From Andalucia godoyi And28 (lineage: Eukaryota > Protista > Jakobida), in NCBI GenBank assembly GCA_009859145.1, contig VRVR01000014.1, positions 189,618 to 253,617 of the forward strand: a stretch of 64,000 nucleotides of DNA, written 5' to 3'. Below are positions 24,101 through 33,709 of the stretch, piece after piece; the first letter of the stretch is position 1; the number at the start of each line of letters is the position of its first letter. The notes below the pieces were generated by a model that saw only the letters and a list, made by a program, of their open reading frames with translations, did not search any database and was not told the DNA's origin. The position numbers and the translations under genes were made by a program.

Positions 24101-25668
24101 CGTTTGAACTCGATCGGGTTGCATACGACCTTTTCTCCGAACTCCGTCAGCACCTGCTTGAATTTGCATTGGACTGTGTGTTCAACAATCGTCAAAAGGC
24201 GACTTTTGCGGAAGAGGACGACCCTCGGCGCTCTCAAGACGTTCCCGTTTCCACGACGCTTTCGCCGCAGGCTGTGCTTCATGCCGATGTTCTTCGTCGA
24301 GCCATCGAACTGGGACTTGTAGAAACCGACGATTTCGACGGAATGCTTGTTCAATTGGCGACGGATTGTATTTGCGAACACCTTATGCACTCAAAAGACG
24401 ATGCCGCCGTTTTGGTGCCCGCGCATTCGGAATGGGGCTCAACTGCTGGACAATCTATCTTGGATTTTTGGATAGACTCGAACGTTTTCAGCATTCTCGT
24501 TGCGTTTGCTGCGTCTCAAGTAGACAAGGAGCTGCAGGAATCTTTGCTCCCGACTGCTGCGGAAAAGGCCTCCCCTTCGATTCTGGCTGTTGAGCCCGCC
24601 TCAGTCGCTGTTGATGATAATACGAGTGTCGCTGCACCACTCCCTAGTCGAAATCGGCGGACGTCTGCGGACGTCGTCTTCACAGTTTCCGACTCGGCGT
24701 CGCTTGTTTGTTCGCAGAGAAATCCGTCTCCGGTACCACCACAAATCGACGTGAAAGTTATTGGGTTTGACGACTCGCAAAGATCGGAGATACCGTCGGA
24801 CACGCCACAATCTCGATTATTTTCTTCCACGTCCCCAAGGCGTCGAAAGCCATCCCATGTATCTCCCCTGCAGATTGCTGTGGCGCCGGCCCATGATGAC
24901 GGTGCAGCTGCTGTTTCGGCCATAGCGGCTGTTCAAGAAGCCACCGTTCTGGCGATTCAGAGACTTGCGGACTCGATCATTTCGAAACTAGATGAACGTG
25001 AACAAATGGTGACTCGGATGCATCCGGTCATATCATTGCCGGCGGTAGACGAGGTATTCCAGAACGTACCGGAAACGATGCGAGTGGATCAGGATGTGCA
25101 AACAAGCCAGATGGTTGATCCTGCGCTTCTACCCGCTGGAAAGCCAGCGTGGAGTTCAGTTGAGGAAGTTGACGACGGTTTCGACATTGATGAAGCGAAA
25201 TTACTGGCCTTGATCGAAAAGCAACGGAAAATGTATGAAGCCGAAAACATGGCAAAGAAGGTGCAGGAGACAGCTGTATCGGTCGAGGAGAGCGGCGAGC
25301 TTCGTTTTTCAGAAGGCGAGTTGTCTGCTCGAGCAGCAGTGGCTCCTAAGGACGCAGTATGGATGCTTGCGAATGCCGGTGGAATAAGCACTGCTTCCAG
25401 TCTTGACGATGCTGGCCGAATGTCCGTTGGAGAAGTTGGGTTCTCGGAGGGCCACCTCGGTGCCCGCGACAGTGCAGATTCCGCGATTTCCCGTGTGAAA
25501 TCGGAAGGTGAGACGCACGACGGTATTGGGGAATTCGAAATCGGCAACGAATCTCCCAGTTCCTACAGCAGCCATCCACGTCGGTTCTTAAATGACTCTG
25601 TGGAAGAAGGTGAGGTGGTCGGTGACCTGCTCGAAGACGATCCTGAATTGCGTCCTTTCTCTGGCTAG
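21175..25668 (+). CDS. Large (~1497 aa) low-complexity/coiled-coil protein, possibly TALPID3-like centriolar protein
   Basis: Single long ORF from ATG 21175 with coiled-coil stretches and repeated C-terminal SEGE/SVGE/EEGE motifs. CDS secure; family call weak. Confidence 0.8.
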   Translation: MLRIPVLQALKQEWDNYQSAIRNLDENENEQQPFQTDVLDAFADDDQHLRLDAVPTTSGSNIRVSNQLTAVSIRQPAGATGEGRPEAEGKPISQMNVHTFPSASAPEAVDMIVMNDNSSSDGQQNYHMHRETSGIHVESMSRRPVTVTMTRIPGGSASANLQGPTSNADAEANAADPRAKIRVSSDLDAAPISGAPQDKNGPAERAVIVSSAARVDEHPVAEPRLVAKELPASASDDQHPVVSHLPSVSPTSSMLETSVVRSTVPESPVIRVDHEASVLEEEKENAAVSGQSLVTRTPSQIRTAKLPVASPGVAINVKNGLTAYLEEKKRKIEELSSKTRMQPALTTSTPRSRNSSTSGSPRTPKSSQAGNAAASFMTPSSAPSASDSSRTRILVPTPTPPRGPVVDQIAQSVGLSPGLSISPMKMPVPEPAIADDSIAVRLSPRSSFDLEAMHFEDKATSFSTDNGRDVFGRSLHFEEKTVQVSFESPPPVEDRKRTLKLKRTRDQKDARKVQRQLKDEDRNLQDIEKLCVDFAESLRMKRSHLEQIDRQIEQDREWIRNRVIQKQELSKKEEEIVEDGFATALHVVQEVHQLSRYNPQLQRVAFEDPEMSALSNLDTNFETPTEEGLDDARIRRVLGLDDDFPYESFRSLRVVSAQQRPLTALPSVANSEYRNTIPTIPPPPPRKAFGSSDALKKAVKLIAQRRDMQAEKERTERQRQMQMHLAASTALAREHVVQEIPPSENLPVATVAPQTSEPLCDISVIASSESVRSSLVEVVKSVVPISETDTCPSSKAVARTVGSPPLALTSAAATAVVEEAVVVQRESVATQMSRPSSPEIVDYLIAEKSRVRKTEVPGRHHVFREQDDVGVQVSEPEKKMAAKYMMATQTTHSAPVTMDEVVQWEEKDWLGSAPAGHASPTVPHPTYLRKPALQKDEFSAENDVEDAHEDGNALRAGYTPSAVELEALTTKPSTKPFELDRVAYDLFSELRQHLLEFALDCVFNNRQKATFAEEDDPRRSQDVPVSTTLSPQAVLHADVLRRAIELGLVETDDFDGMLVQLATDCICEHLMHSKDDAAVLVPAHSEWGSTAGQSILDFWIDSNVFSILVAFAASQVDKELQESLLPTAAEKASPSILAVEPASVAVDDNTSVAAPLPSRNRRTSADVVFTVSDSASLVCSQRNPSPVPPQIDVKVIGFDDSQRSEIPSDTPQSRLFSSTSPRRRKPSHVSPLQIAVAPAHDDGAAAVSAIAAVQEATVLAIQRLADSIISKLDEREQMVTRMHPVISLPAVDEVFQNVPETMRVDQDVQTSQMVDPALLPAGKPAWSSVEEVDDGFDIDEAKLLALIEKQRKMYEAENMAKKVQETAVSVEESGELRFSEGELSARAAVAPKDAVWMLANAGGISTASSLDDAGRMSVGEVGFSEGHLGARDSADSAISRVKSEGETHDGIGEFEIGNESPSSYSSHPRRFLNDSVEEGEVVGDLLEDDPELRPFSG

Positions 25669-26479
25669 TGTGCCTGCAGCGAGCCATCCGCCTTCCTGCA
25701 CTGCCGGTCGTTTGACATTGTGCGCCTTTCCTACCGATGCTTCCGACACTTCCTTGTCGTAAGCCTAATGAAGCTTTCCGCGACTGGAAAAAGAAAACAT
25801 GTGCGACTATCACCTGCCTCAGGAAAATGTGACAAAAGGAAGTTTCTTTCGTGATGACCGCATTCGTTTGTTTGCTTTTCTTTTTTTTGTTTAATTTTTT
25901 GGTTGTCTATCTGTAGGGGAGTGCCGGAAAGGGAAATAAGACATGGGCTATTACGTGATTTTCGATTTCAAATGTGCTGTTCTTCCGGGACTCGCTGCGT
26001 GCCGAGTCTGCAGAGGAACGGCGTGGCGCGTGATTCATGCATGGTCACTGCCAGCAAAACATAATCAGTCTTGCCTCTAAATTGAATTCACACTCAATTC
26101 GGAAGACGGTAGGCCCCAGCATGCCTTGCGGGCATTCTTTAAATGAATGTTGCACACACCATTCCAATCGCGATCAATCCGGCATGCACACTATGGACAT
26201 GCAAGCACCCTCCAATGCGGCGTTTCTTCCTTTCTGCCGGCTCCCTCCGCACTATACGAGACGGGGTCGAATTTCAAAAAGTAGAATGCAGTCATACTCC
26301 TCACACAGCCATTTTTGCAAGCCTGAGATGCATGCGGATCTGCTGATGTATTCGCAATCACGCGACTCTTGTCGAGTGGGACTTGGTTCTCGACCCCGCA
26401 CGACACCCGGTTATGGAATGTACAGAAAGAAAGTGACCCCAGCCTCTTTTATTACCAGTAAAACAGAAACAGCATAACT

Positions 26480-26956
26480 GACCGTTGAATAATAACACGT
26501 CATTGTCATGCATACGGAAGTATCCGTACGCAGACACGGTCAATACTGGCCGACACTAGCATGTTTGTTTCACAGGAACTCGTGCTTCCGCACGCTCGGC
26601 CAAAATTCAGTCTGGTTTCTGGTTTCACTTTATTAATTCAAATATGGGCATGAGTGCGCTGGGATGACCCATTCGCCTACGCCGCCCGATGCAGGGCCTC
26701 CTAGGTCCCGCAGACCTACTAAGAGACCACGTGTCACTGCGCCTACCGCCTCTTCCTCTCGTATCTCCAGGTGCATCAATCGCTGCAACCGAGGACACGA
26801 AAGCGCCTGCTGATAGAGCCGTCGGAATCAAAATGCACCCTTCTCAGGAACAACGTGTCACGCTGAGAAAGTGGCTCACAGATTGATCAAGATTGGGAAC
26901 GGAGCGCGATGCATGTCTATTCGTAGATATGCATGTTCAGTGCATAATGTAGGCGT
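26480..26956 (+). mobile_element. TnpB/Fanzor-related non-autonomous element or relic, copy 1
   Basis: Direct repeat of 33710-34189 (about 13 substitutions and one 3-nt indel, counted by eye). Encodes ADRAVGIKMHPSQEQRVTLRKW, then GARC...VHNVGV in another frame. Confidence 0.7.
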
Positions 26957-27291
26957 TGGAAACTCCAGTTTTGTGAGATCCAGTGCGAACGAAACGCGTC
27001 TGGAGGCAGCCGACTGTCGTAAGATCGAGGGGACAATGAAAAGAAACGGAGTGCCATGGAAGAGAAATGTAGCTACAGCCGTTACGCGAACAAAGAAGTA
27101 GGATCCGAATCCTTGAGTGGCATTCTTTTCTTTATTTTTACAGTAGACAATAACGAACAAAGAAAGTAATTTTTGTGTCAGTGGCCAACAAGACCTGTCT
27201 TCCGAGGTCCAAGCCAGAGCTTTGTCGTGCGGATTCCTCATCTTGTATGGGTTGTTGAGGGACGCGAAATTTCATTTTCGTTTCTCCGACG

Positions 27292-28437
27292 ATGGTACTG
27301 CAGACTTCTGGACCAGTGGTGCTTGCTACGCTGTCCGTGGCCTCCACGCTCCCGATCCTCGAGTGCCTTCGAAGAGCGTTGCAGCCTCTTGGATACAGCA
27401 GGCGGACCATCAGCAGGCTGTTCGCCAGCGGCAAGATATCCGTCGTGCCGCCGCTGGCCTCTCCTGGTTCGACGACGCTGCCGAAAGGAGAGTACAGTGT
27501 GATGGTCACGGACGATGCGCTGCGATTGACAACTCAAGGAGAACCGGTTGGTGAGTTCGCACAGCCCGCATCGCCTGTCATGCCAGCCTTGTCAGTCGTG
27601 TATGAAGATGAGTGCGTGGTCGTCTCGGACAAGCCAGCGGGCATCCCCTCTGCACCAGTATCCCCAGTTCCGGTATTCGCATCTCAGAATTCCGCACTGC
27701 CAACGACCCGGGATGCTTCCTCCATGATGTGGCCGTCGATTTCGTCAGCCTCTGCAGTTGGGTCTGGACAGGATGACGATGCCCGCATGTTTGTGCGGGA
27801 CAAAGGACTGGTTCACCGACTGGATAACGGAACCTCGGGCTGTCTCTTATTTGCCCGTTTTCCAGCGGTGCATAAGCTCTTAAGGTCCATGTGGTCTTTC
27901 CGGTCGTCTCGACAAGCTGAGCGGAGTGCAATCGGTAAGACGTACCGGGCCTGGATTGCGATTGACCAATCAAAACATTGGGATGTCCGCCGCGTTCCGT
28001 TTTCCCTCCAAGATGAAATTGCGCATCATCCAACCGATAGATCGCGAATGTATATAAATCTGCCTGCTCTCGGGCCCATCACGGACTCCACCGAAACAAG
28101 AAGGAGTGTTGTGCAGACAGTGCATGCGGTCTCTGCGTCCGGAAGATTTGCAGACGTGTCCGTTGTGCTGTGCGGCCCTGGAGCTAGACATCAGATCCGT
28201 CTTCACTTGGCACAGTCTCTGCAGGCGCCTATTCTTGGAGACCCTCTGTATTCTTTGCGTAGAAACCCGCATCCGCTCGTCGGAAGAATGTATCTGCATG
28301 CCTGGCGAGTCTCGTTGCCCAAGCTGTACGTTGTCGAGCTGCACGACGGCCTCCGTGGTTGTCGGATTGGAGATGAACACATCGAATCGGAGGCACCGTT
28401 GCCAAGAGAATGGGACGATGTTCAGCGCTTTCTGTGA
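27292..28437 (+). CDS. RluA-family RNA pseudouridine synthase
   Basis: DKPAGIPS, catalytic VHRLDNGTSGCLLFAR, RHQIRLHL, PILGDPLY, MYLHAW. Confidence 0.9.
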   Translation: MVLQTSGPVVLATLSVASTLPILECLRRALQPLGYSRRTISRLFASGKISVVPPLASPGSTTLPKGEYSVMVTDDALRLTTQGEPVGEFAQPASPVMPALSVVYEDECVVVSDKPAGIPSAPVSPVPVFASQNSALPTTRDASSMMWPSISSASAVGSGQDDDARMFVRDKGLVHRLDNGTSGCLLFARFPAVHKLLRSMWSFRSSRQAERSAIGKTYRAWIAIDQSKHWDVRRVPFSLQDEIAHHPTDRSRMYINLPALGPITDSTETRRSVVQTVHAVSASGRFADVSVVLCGPGARHQIRLHLAQSLQAPILGDPLYSLRRNPHPLVGRMYLHAWRVSLPKLYVVELHDGLRGCRIGDEHIESEAPLPREWDDVQRFL

Positions 28438-28629
28438 TCCTGTGTTGATCGTCCGTGTGTTTTGCTCGTTTTTTAACAGATCTGTTCCTCAATTTACGTC
28501 ATCGCCCGTTCATGAAACATCGATGGTATTATATTATTTTTTTTTGTCCAGCCGCATCGTGTTTTATTAATTTAATAGTAAGGATAAGAATAATAAGGAT
28601 AAGAATAATAATAATAATAATATGTAGCA

Positions 28630-29286
28630 TTATGGGTCCAGCAATCGCATGCCGAGTGGTCCCTGGGGAATAACAACTGCCAGATGAAGAACGTTTGTGC
28701 CTCGACGCACCAGAAACCGTACAGCATGAAGCTCACGACGACGAATATGTTGACCAATCTGCGCGAGGCCATACTGAATACTACCAGAATGCAGATCGCC
28801 GTCAACTTGCAAAATCAGGTCTCCTTCAAGAAATCCAGCATCGCTGGCTGCGGAATGCGGCTGAACAGCACCAACTTTGGCAATCGGCAATGTAGACAGA
28901 CTAGAATCTGCACCGCATTTCTCGTCCGCGGCAGCAGCCATTTGTGCTGCTTCCCGTGAATCTCCATGTTGCTGCCGTTGTTGCTCATCTTGCTGTTTAT
29001 AATTTTGATGAAGAGCAAAAAGGGCGTCCTCAATGCGTTTCATCAGCTCTGAGTGATCTGTTTTGAGCATTGCAAGCTTATTTCTTCTCGTTCGATGTGC
29101 AGGAATATCAATGTCGGAACGTGGAAACCCGTCGGAATCAACAAGCGATCCAATGGCAGCGGACTCGGACTGGAGTGCATGTATCTCTGCTTCAAGCGCA
29201 TCCTTCTGCGACACAAGGAGTTTGATATCTGCGGCCGTAATGCCGCTGCTATTGCTGTTCATCGTTCCGAGACTACTGCTTGTCAC
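28630..29286 (-). CDS. PSMD9: 26S proteasome assembly chaperone NAS2/PSMD9
   Basis: LVDSDGFPRSDIDI...RRNKLAMLKTDH (Nas2 N-domain) plus a C-terminal PDZ-like domain (V.PHSAASDAGFLEGD; GPLGMRL). Confidence 0.92.
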   Translation of the reverse strand: MTSSSLGTMNSNSSGITAADIKLLVSQKDALEAEIHALQSESAAIGSLVDSDGFPRSDIDIPAHRTRRNKLAMLKTDHSELMKRIEDALFALHQNYKQQDEQQRQQHGDSREAAQMAAAADEKCGADSSLSTLPIAKVGAVQPHSAASDAGFLEGDLILQVDGDLHSGSIQYGLAQIGQHIRRRELHAVRFLVRRGTNVLHLAVVIPQGPLGMRLLDP

Positions 29287-30147
29287 GCTCTGGCTTCACA
29301 AGTACTGCAATTTCTACTTCTCTGCTGCTTGTTTTCCACGCTGTGCAACAACAACAAGACGAAAAAGAAAAAGAAAAAGAAAAAGAAAAAGAAAAGAAGA
29401 AAAAGCAATCTCGAATTTGCAGATTTCCTGTTCGACAGGGAATTCAGCTCGGAACTTGATGCGTGGCTGAGACGTACAACAGGACAGTCTTTGCCTCCTT
29501 TTTTATTGTTGGCGCAATGCAGTCTGTACGTCTTGGAAGTGTGTGTGTTCTACCGTGACGATCGCAACCTGACCTAACCTGGCCTGACCTGGAAGTCTCT
29601 GAACTCGCGTGCTGGGCGCAACAACCGCTGCTGAAACCCACAACGGCCTCCCCACGTCAGCATGGGGCGTGCAGTTTGCACCGGATGGGGTGTTTCTTCC
29701 CTTCTGCCGGCTCCCTCTCCGCAGCACCATACGAGACTTGTTGAATTTCGGAAACAAAATGCAGTCACACATCTTGCGTAGCATGGCAGGAGGTCGCATG
29801 CATTGACATCGCGTGGGAGGAAAAAAAGGAAAAGAAAACGTGAACCGGCTATGGTTGCTGCTTAAAATATGGTCCCAGAAATTAGTGTCTGAACAATTTG
29901 GATAAGCGAACACATCCGGATTTCTCATTTTCGTTTGCTTGTTGTTTGCGTACGTTCATGCATGTTGCTTGTTGTCGTCTTTGTGAGAAACGGTGGAATT
30001 ACGATATTTGGACGTTTTTCGATCGAGGCCTGAACATCTGTAAATTTTAAGGTATTTATATCAAATTTAAACTTTGTAAGTTAATACATAAAAAAAGAAA
30101 ACGAGATACGCGGAGCAACATGGAGGGATCAAACGCCCATGTGATTT

Positions 30148-33100
30148 TCACACTTTTAGAGGAGACGGAACCGGTGCTTCGGCTCGGAGAGCACTGAACA
30201 AGGCGTGTTGAATGCTGGAAAGCGGAGTGATGATTGCGGTTTTGCGTCCTTCGAGGTCCTTTTTGAGCTTGTCGAGAATGCTGTGCTTGGATTGCTCCAG
30301 TCTCCGAATGGATTTCGCAGACTCTGTTTCCACTTCTTTGAGCGACTTTTGCAAAGAAACATGCTGAATTCTGCTGATGGTTGGTGCAAAAGTCTTTTTC
30401 ATCCATGCTTGGTACGATTTTTTCTTTTCGGAAACAGCGGAAAGCAGACTCGAAATCTCGGATCTGCGGCCTCTCTCTTCATCTAACAGATCTTTCAGCT
30501 CTTTCCCAATTTCATTCTTCTGAGCTTCGACTGTCTTCTGCAGCGCTTCGGAACATGCTTTGGATACTGATTTGAGATCGCGTAGAGCACTGGCTTTCAG
30601 TTCTTCTGCCTCAGCCTGCTGCTTGGTTTTCCGAGAAGAAACTATCTGTGCAATCTGCTCTGTGAGAATTTTCAGCTCATCATCGAGAACAAGCTCGTCC
30701 AAAGAAGCGTTCGCCAGGCTGTTTTGCAGGAGCTGTGCGTCGGAAAACAGTGAAACTGGAGACAGAACGTCTTCATCTTCTGCTGCTGCGCTGTTGGTGG
30801 TCTGACGATTCGTTGACAAGGACAAAGTGGGTGTTTTGGACGATCCTGCTCCTTTTCCTTTTTGCCTGGAAGTGTCGTCATGCACTGTTTCGTTCAACGG
30901 ATCCGCGCACTCGACTTCGGCGTTCGTCGCTGCAGCGCTTTCTCCGCCAGTTCTGGCCATTTTTGATCGCTTTCCCGTTAGAATCGCCTCGCCTTTCGTC
31001 TCTTTAATGTGATGAGCCTCCTCTCCCTGAGACACGTCTTCCAAAGATCGTTTTCCAGGACGTTGTCCCAGTTGGGATTTTGGAGGCGCGCTACCGGGAG
31101 GTCTGGAGGCCTTCTGCTTTGCTGCCGTTCTTTTGCCGCCAGCTTTGGAAGGAGCAGAACTGGGGTGTGTCTTTGGTCGTTCCGCAAAACGGCCATTTTG
31201 ATTCATGGGTGTCCGATCGATTGTCGTATCGGTGCCTGTCCGGATCGAGGGCGCCTCTTGCTGTCTCTGCTTGGCATTCTTTTGCGAACGCCCCGGTGGC
31301 AAACGGACAAGCTGATCTTGAGGAGATGCGGGGCCCGAGTGAATATTTGATGGGACGTCCGAAGACTGGTCTTCTGCGTCTCCCGAATGGGTTTCCGTGT
31401 GTGAGGAAACGGCTACAGAGACTTTTGGAAGAGAGCGAAGTGCTGGTGCAGCTTGCATGGATGTTCGGTCCGTTGCAGGTTCTCCGACGTTCATGTTCTG
31501 GCGTTTCCTTTCCTGATCAATGCGCGAGCGTAAAATTTCCTTGAACAACTTCTGCTGCTCCGGGTCATCGGAGTCAAAGCACACACCGTACATAGCTTCT
31601 TTCACGGGAATGGAAACACCAGCAAACAGTTCTTTCCATGATGCGGAAGCGTCTTCTGTCGACGCGTCAAAGCTGATCAAAGACACACCGAACCCGGTTG
31701 AAGTGGATGTGTTGAAGACAGTGCATCGACCGAAATCCGCAAGGGGAATTTCTAGCTGCGGAAGAACGGAACCGGCAATGCTCAGCTTCCGGACGATTAC
31801 ACTTCGCTCGTTCACAATCAGAGAATCTGCACGGCCGACCTTCCCCGAGGAGCCATTTAGCACCGTGACAAGCTGTTTAATTCCTGCCGCAATCTTCTCG
31901 TCTCCAGGAATGTCGCTTTCGGATATCCATGAGAGGCGAATGGCATTGTCGAAATAAAGTACCATGTCATCACTGCTGATCTTGTAATGCTGCAGCCGGC
32001 TGTTGATCTTCTTCACGAAGGCCGCAACAATGTCGGTGGTAATCGCTTCGTCGGACGGAATGTCCTTGGCAAGCGATTCAATGATGAAGCCTAAGTCTTT
32101 GTTTTCCTTTCTGATCTGAACAAATGCAGAGCGGTAGTCTTCATTCGGCATGTTATGCAGGAAGCATCGAAGAATGATGACGCATTCCAGCTGAACGTGG
32201 AAGTCTGTACAGGTCATCAGGCACAAAGCCACGTTTTTTCTTACCAAAAATAATAATTAAATAAAGAAAATGGATAAATAAAGAATAAGCATCATACAAG
32301 TGGTAAGTTCATGCATGTGAAGCACTGTCGTTGGAATCGGTGTTTTGAAGGGAACATACAGCGTTGTTTTCAATCCATTTTCGTCTACAATGGCCTTTCG
32401 AAGTCCCTTCCTCATGAGCAGCGATTCTCGGACTTTGGTGAAGAATGATCTTCGGACCTCCAGCGAAACACCCACGTTCTCCTTGAAGTCGTGAATCACG
32501 AGGTCATACAAGTCCATGAACTGCGGTTTCATGATTTTGAGCACTGCAGATACACGAGAAGAAAGGGGAAGAACACAAAAGAGTCAGTATCAGCCACTCT
32601 TCTGCCTCAAAAAATGAAAGAAGAAAAAAAAGGCGCGTTGTACATACCGTTCTGGTTGGCTTTAGCGACATCCATTACAATGCCCCACAGTTCGTGGAAC
32701 ACAAGAAGACAGCAAGGAAACTCCATCTTTGATCGAATTTCGCGGATGGTCACGGCTGCGATGACGTGAGAAACTGCTGAAAGCATACACTGATGGAAAA
32801 ACTGTGAACTAAGAAAAATCATACCGAGAAGGGACCAGTTTGTTTCTGCAACCTGCCCACTGTTCAATGTCCCGTCCTCCAGAGAATCGCTGGTGCAGAG
32901 AACGAACATGTTGAACACTCCGCGAACCTTGGGATCATAGTCTCCGCTGCCATCAAAGCTACGTACAGTCTTCGCTTGTTTGTTAGTGGTACTTACTTTT
33001 CGATGGATGCATGTGCATGCGTCGGGGGCGGGAGGATGCATACTTCCAGAAGCAGGGCAAGAACAAAATTGGAATCCGCTTCACACAACTTAATTTCATT

Positions 33101-33455
33101 CTGGAGCGACTGAGAATGTCGAATGAGCTTGGACTGCAAGTCGCACAGCTCTGTGACAAGGTCGTCGAAAACATGGTACAGTGTATCACGAAATTCCGCC
33201 AGCAACTGCATTGTTGTTTCTGCACAATTTGACTTGTACGCCGCCGAGATTGTCGCGGCGGCATCCGGAACTGCCTTTTTCAAAAAATTCTGAAAAACAA
33301 CTGAGGTTAGACCTGTGCAGGAAGAAGCGCAAAGAAAGAAAGAAGAAAAAACAAGCGGCAACAAGGCAGATAGCGCAAAAGCAGCATACCTGAAGAAGGT
33401 TCAAAGACTTGGATCTTCCCGACTGCTGTTTCTTGTTCATATCGAAGGTCCTCTA
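30148..33455 (-). CDS. Multi-exon gene, putative SYCP2/Rec10/Red1-like meiotic axis protein; first exon unresolved
   Basis: Hand-spliced exons at about 33455-33390, 33312-32997, from 32958, from 32543, and the large 699-aa terminal ORF, with phase-compatible GT-AG introns. Order: helical N-terminus, beta-rich PH-like segment, disordered linker, C-terminal coiled coil. Confidence 0.7.
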
Positions 33456-33709
33456 CTGAGAAAAAACAAAAAACAAAAAACAAAAAAAAGAATAGAAGGG
33501 GGGAGGGGGAGGGAACCATAAGAAAGATGAAAAAAGAGAAAAGAAGAGAAAAGAAGCAGCAAAAGAATGTGGCACCAGCAGAGAAATAGATGCTCTACAT
33601 CGCTTCGCGGAGACACGAGGTTTTATGCGTTCGGAACGTGTGATTCCCGCCAAAATGCATTTTCTAAAGAACTGTGAGCTTTCAGAAAATCTCCATCGAG
33701 AGAGTTCGA

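Noticed and set aside
26191-26406. HUH/Rep motif II in EETPHW
   Set aside because: Not conserved in the 29.7-kb copy (TPHPV); no motif I or III; a different frame is the conserved one.
26644-26886. TGA readthrough or alternative genetic code rescuing the TnpB-like ORF
   Set aside because: Reading through the TGA gives SRLGTERDACLF, which does not fit the motif; the continuation is in another frame, and other genes here use TGA as stop.
26833-26886. TALE homeodomain reading of TLRKWLTD
   Set aside because: No HPYP or WFxNxR follows; the flanking residues fit the TnpB motif much better.
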